Shown here: piece after piece, positions 37,281 to 47,811 of the stretch
How positions within the stretch are numbered: the stretch's first letter is position 1
How the letters are laid out: each line of letters starts with the position of its first letter
Assembly: GCF_052425735.1 (NCBI RefSeq)
Contig: NC_135758.1
Location: forward strand, 806,001-870,000
Source of the DNA: Oculina patagonica
Lineage: Eukaryota
Length of the DNA stretch: 64,000 nucleotides
Reading direction: 5' to 3'
The notes under the pieces: model-generated
Seen by the model: only the letters and a program-made list of their open reading frames with translations
What the model was told of the DNA's origin: nothing
Database searches by the model: none
Made by a program: the position numbers and the translations under genes

Positions 37281-38360
37281 CCTCGGTAAAAAGTCACACG
37301 AGTGAACACAGCTCCGCCATGTTGGATTGACTCCCATGACACTTTGCGAGCCAGCATCACGTGAGTAAGTTAAAAAGATTTTGCCGCCAGTGGAAAAAAA
37401 ATTGTCAAGAGTCAAATTGATTTTGCCGTGAGTGAATTTAATTTTGCCGTAACACAAAATTGATTTTGCCGTGTACGAAATTGATTTTGGCGTAGTTAAA
37501 ATGATTTTGCCATGACGAAGTTGATTTTGCCGTGGCAAAAATGATTTTGCCGTAGCGAAATTGATTTTGCCGTAGCGAAAATGATTTTGCCGTAGCGAAA
37601 ATGATTTTGCCGTAGCGAAAACGATTTTGCCGTAGCGAAAACGATTTTGCCGTGACNNNNNNNNNNNNNNNNNNNNNNNNNNNNNNNNNNNNNNNNNNNN
37701 NNNNNNNNNNNNNNNNNNNNNNNNNNNNNNNNNNNNNNNNNNNNNNNNNNNNNNNNNNNNNNNNNNNNNNNNNNNNNNNNNNNNNNNNNNNNNNNNNNNN
37801 NNNNNNNNNNNNNNNNNNNNNNNNNNNNNNNNNNNNNNNNNNNNNNNNNNNNNNNNNNNNATAAATGTGAACTAATTGGAGTCACCTATCTGGAGAGAGA
37901 GACCCTGGGAAAGAGGTTGTCTACCAAATACAAACTTATTAATAAACAAACGTATTATACAAAAAATTAATCTTGTAATAATGGAATTGGTTATGGCTAG
38001 CAAAGAAAGCATTCATTGATTGGCTTATCATGAGGTGACATAAAGGTCAGATTGCAGGAGGTTTTACTTCTCGTGAAATACACCTCTCAATGTGAGCAGA
38101 TGGTCTAGACGTTTCACTTAAAAAGGCTTACTGTTTGGAATTTTTAAAAGCTTCTCTTTCACTGAAAATTTTAAATAAGGCTTACTTTTGAATTTTGAAA
38201 GCTTCTGTTTCCTTAAACTTTTAGTCATATTATCTGTTTAATATTCCATACGTTTATTGCAAGCTTTGAGTGTAAATATTAGGTTTCGAAAAGTAAATCT
38301 TGAAGCAAGTGTCACAGATATACCGAGTGTGAGGTAATTGAAAAGGACTTCGGAGAAATC

Positions 38361-39488
38361 ATGGAGTTGAATCGCACAAAGAACGAAAATCTTACGGATT
38401 TCGACAACGAAAATCCAGATGATGGATTTCACTCCTTAAAGGACATCTTTCATACGCTTCATGCGTTTGGCGGGATTTTAATACTCTGTGGAATTGTCGA
38501 AAATGTTCTCATTTGCTGGATATTGGCTTGTAAGAAAAAGTACTTAAAAAGCTTTGCTAACTTTCATTTACTGAATTTAGCCATTACAGACATTCTATTT
38601 CGGATCGTCGCCACTCCCGATCTTCTGGAAGACCAGATTATTTCCAAGAGCGACTTCACGTGTAAAATTGGAGAATTTAGTAAATATACTACTTTAGCGG
38701 TTACATTTGCTCTTCTCGCTGGAATTGCGTTAGATCGTTACATTCATATTGTTCATCCCTTTCGAGCAAGAACAGTGACTTGGAAACACAGTCGAAACTT
38801 GATTGCTTTGTCATGGATTTACGGAGCATTGTGTTCGGCACCATTTTTATACAGCACGAAGCTTGAAGTTTATGTTGACGACGAAACCTTGGAGACATTA
38901 TCAGACTGCTACGATTTGCCTGGCCTGCCTTTCCGCATTTCTGTAACTGCGTTTCTTGTGTTTTCATTTGTAATTCCGTTGGTTTTCATGGGTGTTGTGT
39001 ATAGCAAAATTGTGAGTGTCTTATGGAGTCGCACTCGTAGAAATGTCATAAACAAAAACATTGGAAAGATAAAAATTCGAGCAGTGAAGATGATGATAGT
39101 GATTGTCCTCACATATCTTGTCACCTGGGGTCCCATGCTTCTTCTAAAGACCGTGGCGGCTTTTTATTTCGACTATGAGCATACCGAGAGCGAAGAGGAC
39201 GAAGACTTGAATAGCCAAGATGAACTTGAACAACTTAAAGAACTTTTGACGTGGCTTATTCTTGTTGCAACATTTGACACGCTTTCTTTAGCGAGTTCAG
39301 TTTTAAATCCCCTGATATTTGGCTATTACAATGCGAGCTTCAGAGAAGAGTTGAAGAATATCTATTTGAGAGTAAAGGGAGTAAAATGCTTTAAGAAACG
39401 TAACCAAAAAGTAGCCCCTTGCCCTATAAAAATTTACGTTTCCACTGTAAGCAGTGAGGCCAAACATACAAACGGCAGCAATGTATAA
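38361..39488 (+). CDS. Intronless class-A GPCR type B, copy B3 (divergent ends)
   Basis: NLAITD, DRY, TWGP and NPLIF motifs; TM2-TM6 nearly identical to B1/B2. Confidence 0.93.
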   Translation: MELNRTKNENLTDFDNENPDDGFHSLKDIFHTLHAFGGILILCGIVENVLICWILACKKKYLKSFANFHLLNLAITDILFRIVATPDLLEDQIISKSDFTCKIGEFSKYTTLAVTFALLAGIALDRYIHIVHPFRARTVTWKHSRNLIALSWIYGALCSAPFLYSTKLEVYVDDETLETLSDCYDLPGLPFRISVTAFLVFSFVIPLVFMGVVYSKIVSVLWSRTRRNVINKNIGKIKIRAVKMMIVIVLTYLVTWGPMLLLKTVAAFYFDYEHTESEEDEDLNSQDELEQLKELLTWLILVATFDTLSLASSVLNPLIFGYYNASFREELKNIYLRVKGVKCFKKRNQKVAPCPIKIYVSTVSSEAKHTNGSNV

Positions 39489-40619
39489 CCCTTTTACTGT
39501 TAAAATACAGAAGCTTTATAACTTTTTGTTGTAATACATTTTTATTTTATATCGTTTTTAACTTCCAATTTTAAAAATTCATTTCATTTTGACGCTTAAT
39601 AAACTGTGTTGACATTATTTTCCATTTATCAAGGAAATACTATGTGAACAGGTTATGTAAATTTAAACTAACAGACAAGATTTTGCAATAGATTTCTGAA
39701 TCAGTAACTTTAATTAAAGCTTAGACCAGGGCCATTGTGCATGATTTGTACATCATGTGGCGACTGTAAGAATCGAACTAATTTGTCTTTTGAAAATTAG
39801 GAATAGTGGTATTTCATTCATAATTAAGGTCTATCGTCTACTGATCACAACAGCTCTAGTCGTAATTTAGATGTTTTGCTGTATTGCTACAGTGTCATAA
39901 ATGGAAAAAACAACGCTTTCATTCATTATATTGACATATTTATATAATTGTTCCCTGGTTTCCGTTTGTAATTTTTTATCTTTTCTGCCGAATTTACACG
40001 AAAGGAAGTAATTAGTTAACTCAACCTTGTTTAAAGTTTGTGTGCCAATGAGCACATCGAACTCGCATTATATCAAAAAATACCACTTGGTTTATTATTG
40101 CGAATATCATTCTTCTACTCGAGTTGTCAAGTTAACTTCATAGAAATTTTGTATTGTATTATTCAATCATTAAATAAAAATCCTCGTAATGTTTCTGAAT
40201 TTAGACTTGATGAACAGCGTCGAAGTAGGTCACTGTAATTTAGTATATATTTTTATCAATCGTAAAAGGAAGCCGTATCACGATCACTGAATGCAGACTT
40301 AATTTTACATTTTACCCCTTCCCTTTAATTAAAAATTTATTTCAAAATGCAAATTAATGGAGTAAGAGCGCTGCGATTCTAACCGGCTTCCTTACCTCAA
40401 GAGAATATATATAGTGCAGTTAGATATAGCTCTTTGGCATACAAAGCTTTGCTTTACATGTCTAAATTGAGCACTCTACTAGGATGAGTCATTGCCGCTA
40501 GCATTGCGCATGCTCACTAGTTTTTACTAGTTTGAGCACTCTGGCATGGCTTAGATGATACCACAAGTGTGGGATCATTTGGGGTGGCTATACAGCTTAA
40601 CCTCCATCCTAGCATCAGC

Positions 40620-40665
40620 ACTGCACTGATGAGGCCCAGGAGGCCGAAACAGTACTGTCTGCAGT
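40620..40665 (+). ncRNA. Type I hammerhead ribozyme
   Basis: ACTGCA-CTGATGA-GGCC(CAGGA)GGCC-GAAA-CAGTACTG-TC^TGCAGT: stem I ACTGCA/TGCAGT, full core, palindromic stem III, GUC cleavage site after 40659. Confidence 0.92.
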
Positions 40666-40864
40666 TAGATATAGCTCTTTGGCATACAAAGCTTTGCTTT
40701 ACATGTCTAAATTGAGCACTCTACTAGGATGAGTCATTGCCGCTAGCATTGCGCATGCTCACTAGTTTTTACTAGTTTGAGCACTCTGGCATGGCTTAGA
40801 TGATACCACAAGTGTGGGATCATTTGGGGTGGCTATACAGCTTAACCTCCATCCTAGCATCAGC

Positions 40865-40910
40865 ACTGCACTGATGAGGCCCAGAAGGCCGAAACAGTAC
40901 TGTCTGCAGT
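40865..40910 (+). ncRNA. Type I hammerhead ribozyme (second copy)
   Basis: Same structure with loop II CAGAA; cleavage after 40904. Confidence 0.92.
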
Positions 40911-40969
40911 TAGTTATATATATATAACTATAGCTCATGTCATCCTGCACTATAGCTCATGTCATCCTG

Positions 40970-42108
40970 GGTCGTGCAAAAGAAGTATACCGTATGCGCA
41001 AGCAATGAGGCTACGAAGAATTTGTTCGAAATCGTCCTTTTTCGAAAAGAGAGCGAAAGATTTGGTGCTTTTCTTAACCAACAGGGGCTACAAGAAAAGT
41101 TACGTCGAGAGCCAAATACAGAGAGTAAGAAGCAAGACCAGAGAGGAGTTTTTGACAGGAAATCATCAAACGCGCAAGACAAAAACACCGTTCGTGGTGA
41201 CTTATCATCCGGGATTGCCAAACTTAAGCAAGATTCTTAGGGACTTACATCCAGTGTTGCAGTCATCTAACAGATGCAAGAAAGCTATCAAAGATGTTCC
41301 ATTAATAGCATTTCGGAAACCTAAAAGCCTTGGTGATTATTTGGTGAGAGCAAGAGTGAATAATCGTGAACGTGGAGATTACAGGCCAGGCACATGTAAA
41401 TGTACATCCAGAAGATGTGAAGTTTGCAAATACATCGATGAGAACGGTCGTTTTAAGAGCTCGCAAGACAATAGAAGTTATTCGATCAATTACAACCTTA
41501 ATTGTAACTCTAGTTATGTAGTTTACTTAATTACGTGTAAGAAATGTTCGTTGCAGTATGTGGGCTCCACAACAACGAAATTTAGACTTAGGTTTAATAA
41601 CCACAAGTCTAGAGTTAGGCGACACGAAATGTTGACGCAGGCCGAGAAAAGGGCTGATGATCTTTTGTACAGACATTTTTGTAGTGAAGGACATAATGGA
41701 CTAAGCGACATTAAGATTCAATTGATAGACCGGGTTAATGGAGAACAACAGTTGCGAGAAAAGGAGGGTCAGTGGGCTTATAGACTGAAAACTCTAGATC
41801 CGAATGGATTGAATGATAATGATTTTTTCTTTGTACAAAATAGGCGCTCGAGACGTACGTAGATTTATGTAAAGTTAGTTAGCGCGCGCATGCGGGGGAG
41901 TAAACGAATTATTGTAGCGCGCGCGCGTGGTTGCTCAATTTGAAACTTGTTAATGTAGTATGGCGTGTGCAGGGCAACGGTAATTTACCCTAAAGAAGAC
42001 GCCTATGAGGCGTCGAAATATAGGTAAAAAAATGAAAAAAATGTCTTCATTTGTGATAAAGTTATAATTTTCTATGAAGATGGAAAGCGTTGGATGCTTG
42101 TGATGATA
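40970..42108 (+). mobile_element. Penelope-like element family A, 5'-truncated (RT thumb, Cys linker, GIY-YIG endonuclease; ORF 41005-41862, plus 3' tail)
   Basis: 'LRLRRICS', 'CTSRRCEVC', 'VVYLITCKKCSLQYVGSTT...RLRFNNH...HF...H'. Cys-rich linker as in Neptune-type PLEs. Hammerhead-like motif 41984-42028 with core mutated to CTAAAGA. Confidence 0.9.
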
Positions 42109-42342
42109 TATATATATATAGGTGATCGTAAAAAGTGTGTCATAACTTCATTTGTGTTAATTTTTATTTGAACTTGAAGCAAGACCTATACACANNNNNN
42201 NNNNNNNNNNNNNNNNNNNNNNNNNNNNNNNNNNNNNNNNNNNNNNNNNNNNNNNNNNNNNNNNNNNNNNNNNNNNNNNNNNNNNNNNNNNNNNNNNNNN
42301 NNNNNNNNNNNNNNNNNNNNNNNNNNNNNNNNNNNNNNNNNN

Positions 42343-43897
42343 GACACACTTTTTACGATCACCTATATTTCGGCCGGTTTACCGGCCTTCCTCAGGGTGA
42401 ATAACTGAAAAACGCGTTACACGCCATTCTACAAGTAACGTTACAAATTTAAACTATATACAGAGCACGCGCTAAATACACAGTAACGGCTACAAATTTG
42501 AATTAAGCAATTTGCGTGCGCTAACCTTAAACCCGCGCGAAAACATTGAGCTCGCGCACATATAGAGAGTTAATTATAAAGAAATTCACTAAAAAGAATT
42601 CTAATTACGTAAACGTTCTCCGCGATTCTGGCTGTAGAAGAAGTCGCTCTCATTGAGACCGCTGGGTCTCAAGGAGCGAAGCCGATACGCCCACTGTCCT
42701 TCCTTGTCTATTAGATTTTCCTTTCTGTTTACCCTATCTATCAGTTGTACATTGAGATCTTGTAGTCCCTGATGTCCGTCGCTAAAAAAATGTTTATAAA
42801 TAAGGTCATCGGTTTCCTTATTGGCAGGTGACATCTTGGAGTGAGCTTTAAGCCGGCTCTTATGATTATTAAATCTTAGCCTAAACTTAGTGGTAGTGGA
42901 GCCGACATACTGCAAACCACAAACCTTGCAATTAATTAGATACACAACATTTCTAGCATTACAATCCAACTGGTGATTAATGGTGTAACTTGCACCAGTA
43001 ACATTACTCGAGAATCTGTCCCCCTCAACAAGATAATTACAAACGTCACACCTATTACTGGAACATTTATGAGTTCCTCGGTTACCAGGAGTTTCTTCCG
43101 CTCGTACAGAACTTAATTGTGCATGCACCAGGTAATCCCTTAGACTCTTAGGTCTTCTGAAAGCCACCATTGGATTCTCCTTAACTGCTTTTCGGCACTT
43201 TTCGGAACAGTGTAGCAGCGGTTGCAGTTCCTTCAGCATAGCCCCAATATTTGGGAGGCTAGGGTGATATGTCACCACCATGGGGACTCGGGAACTCTTG
43301 TTTTGTTGCCTTGGTGTCAATGCCTCCTCCCGAGTTTTGGACTGTGCATTTCGAATTTGTTGTTTGACAAACTTTTCCTGATATCCTCTCTTCACTAAAT
43401 ATTTTGCCAGTTCATCACATCTTTGATAAAATGCTTCATCGGTGGAGCATATCCGCCTTAACCTCAATGCTTGGGCATATGGGATGCTCTGTTTGCATCC
43501 TCTTGGATGACAGGAGGTGGAGAATAGATATTGATGCTTATCCGTCGGCTTTGTGTATAAGTCTGTATCAATCTTGCCTCTATTATTTATGACTTGTACG
43601 TCCAAATAGTTCACTCGTTCTCTTGACCAATTCCACGTAAACTTGATGGTTTCATGCGCTGCATTGATGTAATGAAGAAAATCCCTAAGATCACTTTCAC
43701 TTCCTAACCAAACCATAAAAATATCATCAATGTATCTAAACCACAGATACGGTTTGATCTCAGCCTCCGACAATAATCTCTGCTCCAGTCTGTCCATAAA
43801 GATATTGGCATACGCCGGTGCCATTTTTGTGCCAATCGCCGTTCCGAGTGTCTGGAGATAGTGTTTGCCGTCAAATTCGAAGTTGTTGTTTCTCAAT
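42343..43897 (-). mobile_element. Penelope-like element family B, 5'-truncated (RT motifs 4-7 plus GIY-YIG; ORF 43896-42601)
   Basis: 'YLQTLGTAIGTKMAPAYANIFM', 'WFRYIDDIF', 'DLYTKPTD', 'VVYLINCKVCGLQYVGS'. Minimal hammerhead at 42400-42359. Confidence 0.93.
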
Positions 43898-43902
43898 ACA
43901 AG

Positions 43903-44794
43903 CTGAACTGCAACCGCTGCTACACTGTTCCGAAAAGTGCCGAAAAGCAGTTAAGGAGAATCCAATGGTGGCTTTCAGAAGACCTAAGAGTCTAAGGGAT
44001 TACCTGGTGCATGCACAATTAAGATCTGTACGAGCGGAAGAAACTCCTGGTAACCGAGGAACTCATAAATGTTCCAGTAATAGGTGTGACGTTTGTAATT
44101 ATCTTGTTGAGGGGGACAGATTCTCGAGTAATGTTACTGGTGCAAGTTACACCATTAATCACCAGTTGGATTGTAATGCTAGAAATGTTGTGTATCTAAT
44201 TAATTGCAAGGTTTGTGGTTTGCAGTATGTCGGCTCCACTACCACTAAGTTTAGGCTAAGATTTAATAATCATAAGAGCCGGCTTAAAGCTCACTCCAAG
44301 ATGTCACCTGCCAATAAGGAAACCGATGACCTTATTTATAAACATTTTTTTAGCGACGGACATCAGGGACTACAAGATCTCAATGTACAACTGATAGATA
44401 GGGTAAACAGAAAGGAAAATCTAATAGACAAGGAAGGACAGTGGGCGTATCGGCTTCGCTCCTTGAGACCCAGCGGTCTCAATGAGAGCGACTTCTTCTA
44501 CAGCCAGAATCGCGGAGAACGTTTACGTAATTAGAATTCTTTTTAGTGAATTTCTTTATAATTAACTCTCTATATGTGCGCGAGCTCAATGTTTTCGCGC
44601 GGGTTTAAGGTTAGCGCACGCAAATTGCTTAATTCAAATTTGTAGCCGTTACTGTGTATTTAGCGCGTGCTCTGTATATAGTTTAAATTTGTAACGTTAC
44701 TTGTAGAATGGCGTGTAACGCGTTTTTCAGTTATTCACCCTGAGGAAGGCCGGTAAACCGGCCGAAATATAGGTGATCGTAAAAAGTGTGTCAT
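43903..44794 (+). mobile_element. Inverted partial copy (pLTR) of Penelope family B
   Basis: Near-exact reverse complement of ~42345-43232, joined head-to-head at ~43900; endonuclease-coding part plus 3' tail. Confidence 0.9.
44735..44776 (+). ncRNA. Minimal type I hammerhead in PLE-B pLTR (also at 45153-45194, 45506-45547 and minus-strand 42359-42400)
   Basis: TCACC-CTGAGGA-A-GGCCGG(TAAA)CCGGCC-GAAA-TATA^GGTGA. Confidence 0.8.
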
Positions 44795-44923
44795 NNNNNN
44801 NNNNNNNNNNNNNNNNNNNNNNNNNNNNNNNNNNNNNNNNNNNNNNNNNNNNNNNNNNNNNNNNNNNNNNNNNNNNNNNNNNNNNNNNNNNNNNNNNNNN
44901 NNNNNNNNNNNNNNNNNNNNNNN

Positions 44924-45228
44924 AGAATCGCGGAGGACGTTTACGTAATTAGAATTCTTTTTAGTGAATTTCTTTATAATTAACTCTCTATATGTGCGCG
45001 AGCTCAATGTTTTCGCGCGGGTTTAAGGTTAGCGCGCGCAAATTGCTTAATTCAAATTTGTAGCCGTTACTGTGTATTTAGCGCGTGCTCTGTATATAGT
45101 TTAAATTTGTAACGTTACTTGTAGAATGGCGTGTAACGCGTTTTTCAGTTATTCACCCTGAGGAAGGCCGGTAAACCGGCCGAAATATAGGTGATCGTAA
45201 AAAGTGTGTCATAACTTCATTTGTGTTA

Positions 45229-45262
<34 letters not shown>

Positions 45263-45637
45263 CGACTTCTTCTACAGCCAGAATCGCGGAGGACGTTTAC
45301 GTAATTAGAATTCTTTTTAGTGAATTTCTTTATAATTAACTCTCTATATGTGCGCGAGCTCAATGTTTTCGCGCGGGTTTAAGGTTAGCGCGCGCAAATT
45401 GCTTAATTCAAATTTGTAGCCGTTACTGTGTATTTAGCGCGTGCTCTGTATATAGTTTAAATTTGTAACGTTACTTGTAGAATGGCGTGTAACGCGTTTT
45501 TCAGTTCACCCTGAGGAAGGCCGGTAAACCGGCCGAAATATAAGTGATCGTAAAAAGTGTGTCATAACTTCATTTGTGTTAATTTTTATTTGAACTTGAA
45601 GCAAGCCCTATACACACAAAAGATGCGTGTGGAAAAT

Positions 45638-45640
<3 letters not shown>
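44924..45640 (+). mobile_element. Two further tandem 3'-end copies of PLE family B separated by (TA)n
   Basis: Repeat the sequence of 44490-44794, each carrying a hammerhead motif. Confidence 0.85.
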
Positions 45641-45702
<62 letters not shown>

Positions 45703-45703
<1 letters not shown>

Positions 45704-46215
45704 CTTTATCACAAATGAAGACATTTTTTTCATTTTTTTTACCTATATTTCGACGCCTTATAGGCGTCTTCTTCAGGGTAAATAACCGTTGCCCTGCACG
45801 CGCCATACTACATTAACAAGTTTCAAATTGAGCAACCACGCGCGCGCGCTACAATAATTCGTTTACTCCCCCGCATGCGCGCGCTAACTAACTTTACATA
45901 AATCTACGTACGTCTCGAGCGCCTATTTTGTACAAAGAAAAAATCATTATCATTCAATCCATTCGGATCTAGAGTTTTCAGTCTATAAGCCCACTGACCC
46001 TCCTTTTCTCGCAACTGTTGTTCTCCATTAACCCGGTCTATCAATTGAATCTTAATGTCGCTTAGTCCATTATGTCCTTCACTACAAAAATGTCTGTACA
46101 AAAGATCATCAGCCCTTTTCTCGGCCTGCGTCAACATTTCGTGTCGCCTAACTCTAGACTTGTGGTTATTAAACCTAAGTCTAAATTTCGTTGTTGTGGA
46201 GCCCACATACTGCAT
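45703..46215 (-). mobile_element. Inverted 3' fragment of PLE family A with intact-core hammerhead (45782-45738)
   Basis: Reverse complement of ~41552-42064; TTTACC-CTGAAGA-A-GACGCC(TATAA)GGCGTC-GAAA-TATA^GGTAAA; bounded by (TA)n on both sides. Confidence 0.88.
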
Positions 46216-46818
46216 ACTGTTATATATATATATATAACAATACGTTCCTTACTTTGTTTATGACGGAATCGTGTTCGTCAGTTTTTTTATCTCATAACTT
46301 ATTCCCTTTTACCTCAGTGAATGTAATAAGTAGAGGATAAACAAATATATAAAAATTGACAAGGCTGCAGCGATAGTAAATGTCATAAAAACAATTAATC
46401 AGGAACCTCTTTTTCGGTTTGAAATTTTTTCCATTTTGTTCTTTGTTAAACAAATGGTCAATCAAAGTGCTTTAGTTTGCTTGCTAAAAAAACAGGGAAA
46501 AAATCATGCAATTTATTCAAATTAAAAATGTGAAGTCGAAGACTGGAACCTAACAGCTCCTCCAGTCTAGTATGCAAACATCCACTCCTAAAAGCCCCTG
46601 ATGTCGTCATCATTTAAGACACTTGACGTCACAGGACGGACGTTCTAAATCATTCCCAGGTTGCTCCGTGCAGCCTTTTGCCGTTACAAAAGGGAAAGAC
46701 GGATTGACTGATATTTCTGCTGTTTTATAATAACATGCCACCATATTTAAAAGTTTTTTTAAGTTTGTCAATTAATTAAAGGTTGTACGTAATACGGCAG
46801 GTTAGCGTTAAAGTTTGA

Positions 46819-47811
46819 TCAAGCAGTTTTTCTTTCGGTGTGTGATCCTAAGCTAGGGTGCATCATTGTCAATTCATGGAGTTGTTCAGGTGGATGTACT
46901 GTGCGTTTTATTGTTTTGATACGCAGCACTTTAAGGAATGCCATTCGAAACTCTCCCGTTCGAATTGCATAAATCCAGGGGTTACAAAACGAGCTAGTGA
47001 ATGACAGAAAGGCTGCCCAGAACCACAGGTAGTCTATACACCGTCTTTTCCAGGGATCGGCGGTTGAAACGTGCCACAGCGAGAGGGCAAGACTCGGCGA
47101 CCACAACAACGCGAACAGACCAATTACTATACACAGTGTCCAAGCCGCTTTCTTGTTTTTCAATACTTCTTTACAATAAGTTGAATTAACAATGTTATCC
47201 GCTGCTATGCGGACACATTGAGTTCGGGCAGCTTTAAAAATGCAAACGTAACAATACAAGATGACAAAGAAAGGAAGAAACACTGTTAAAACTGTCGTAC
47301 AAATCCACAACGATGGCAGGTCTTCGACGCGATTGACAACAAAGCGTTGCGAAGCGTAGACGATGGAGAAAATCCATATCGATGCCACGCAGTAACAACA
47401 ACGCTTCTCTGTGACGATTTCAGAATAGCGAAAGCACTTGTTGACCGCGATGAATCGCTCAATAGAAACCGCTGTTAGAGTGAAAGTCGATGTTACAACC
47501 GTTTGGAGCCATAACCAATGTTCTGTGACTCGTAAAGGATGCATGTCGTCTTGAGCTGCATCATTTACGATGAAGATCGCCGTGTAAATTGGATTCATAA
47601 GCAGGCCAACCAACAAATCAGCGAAGGCAAGGGAGGCAATGAAAAAACTCGAAACCTTTCTCAGGGGAGAAAAGTTAAAAATTGCTGTTAAAACCAACAG
47701 ATTGCTTCCCACGGACAGTACTCCGGAGATGGCGTTCAACGACGCCAGAATAGTGTATGAAATGTTCTCAAACGATACATCTATTTTCCGGCAAAGCGTA
47801 GAGTTTTCCAT
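46819..47811 (-). CDS. Intronless class-A GPCR (adenosine/biogenic-amine/melanocortin-like group)
   Basis: SLAFADLLVG, ERF, 'KNKKAAWTL', LWSP and NPWIY motifs. Confidence 0.92.
   Translation of the reverse strand: MENSTLCRKIDVSFENISYTILASLNAISGVLSVGSNLLVLTAIFNFSPLRKVSSFFIASLAFADLLVGLLMNPIYTAIFIVNDAAQDDMHPLRVTEHWLWLQTVVTSTFTLTAVSIERFIAVNKCFRYSEIVTEKRCCYCVASIWIFSIVYASQRFVVNRVEDLPSLWICTTVLTVFLPFFVILYCYVCIFKAARTQCVRIAADNIVNSTYCKEVLKNKKAAWTLCIVIGLFALLWSPSLALSLWHVSTADPWKRRCIDYLWFWAAFLSFTSSFCNPWIYAIRTGEFRMAFLKVLRIKTIKRTVHPPEQLHELTMMHPSLGSHTERKTA

Larger units (their letters stand above)
30677..37656. mobile_element. IS3EU-like DNA transposon (~7 kb) with long TIRs (30677-31307; 37103 to >37656, right tip in gap), encoding a DDE transposase and a HECT-like protein
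   Basis: Starts TACGGTGGCC (TAY terminus typical of IS3EU). Arms are reverse complements with about 3 substitutions outside the repeat array. Two convergent ORFs. Interrupts sequence homologous to the 5' flank of the other type-B GPCRs. TSD (predicted AATAAT) cannot be verified because of the gap. Confidence 0.85.
40415..40913 (+). mobile_element. Non-LTR retrozyme: tandem dimer of a 245-bp unit, each unit ending in a type I hammerhead ribozyme
   Basis: Direct repeat with period 245; hammerhead cores at 40626 and 40871; flanked by TA runs; non-coding. Confidence 0.85.

Noticed and set aside
37103-37656. Right TIR as an assembly inversion artefact next to a gap
   Set aside because: The arms differ by several substitutions and three repeat units, and the right exon splices in frame to a different ORF; long-read confirmation is still desirable.
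43818-44534. Stand-alone 238-aa GIY-YIG gene
   Set aside because: The N-terminal ~28 aa are antisense RT sequence read across the inversion junction; it is a pLTR copy.
42135-45007. ORFs containing X runs
   Set aside because: They span N gaps.
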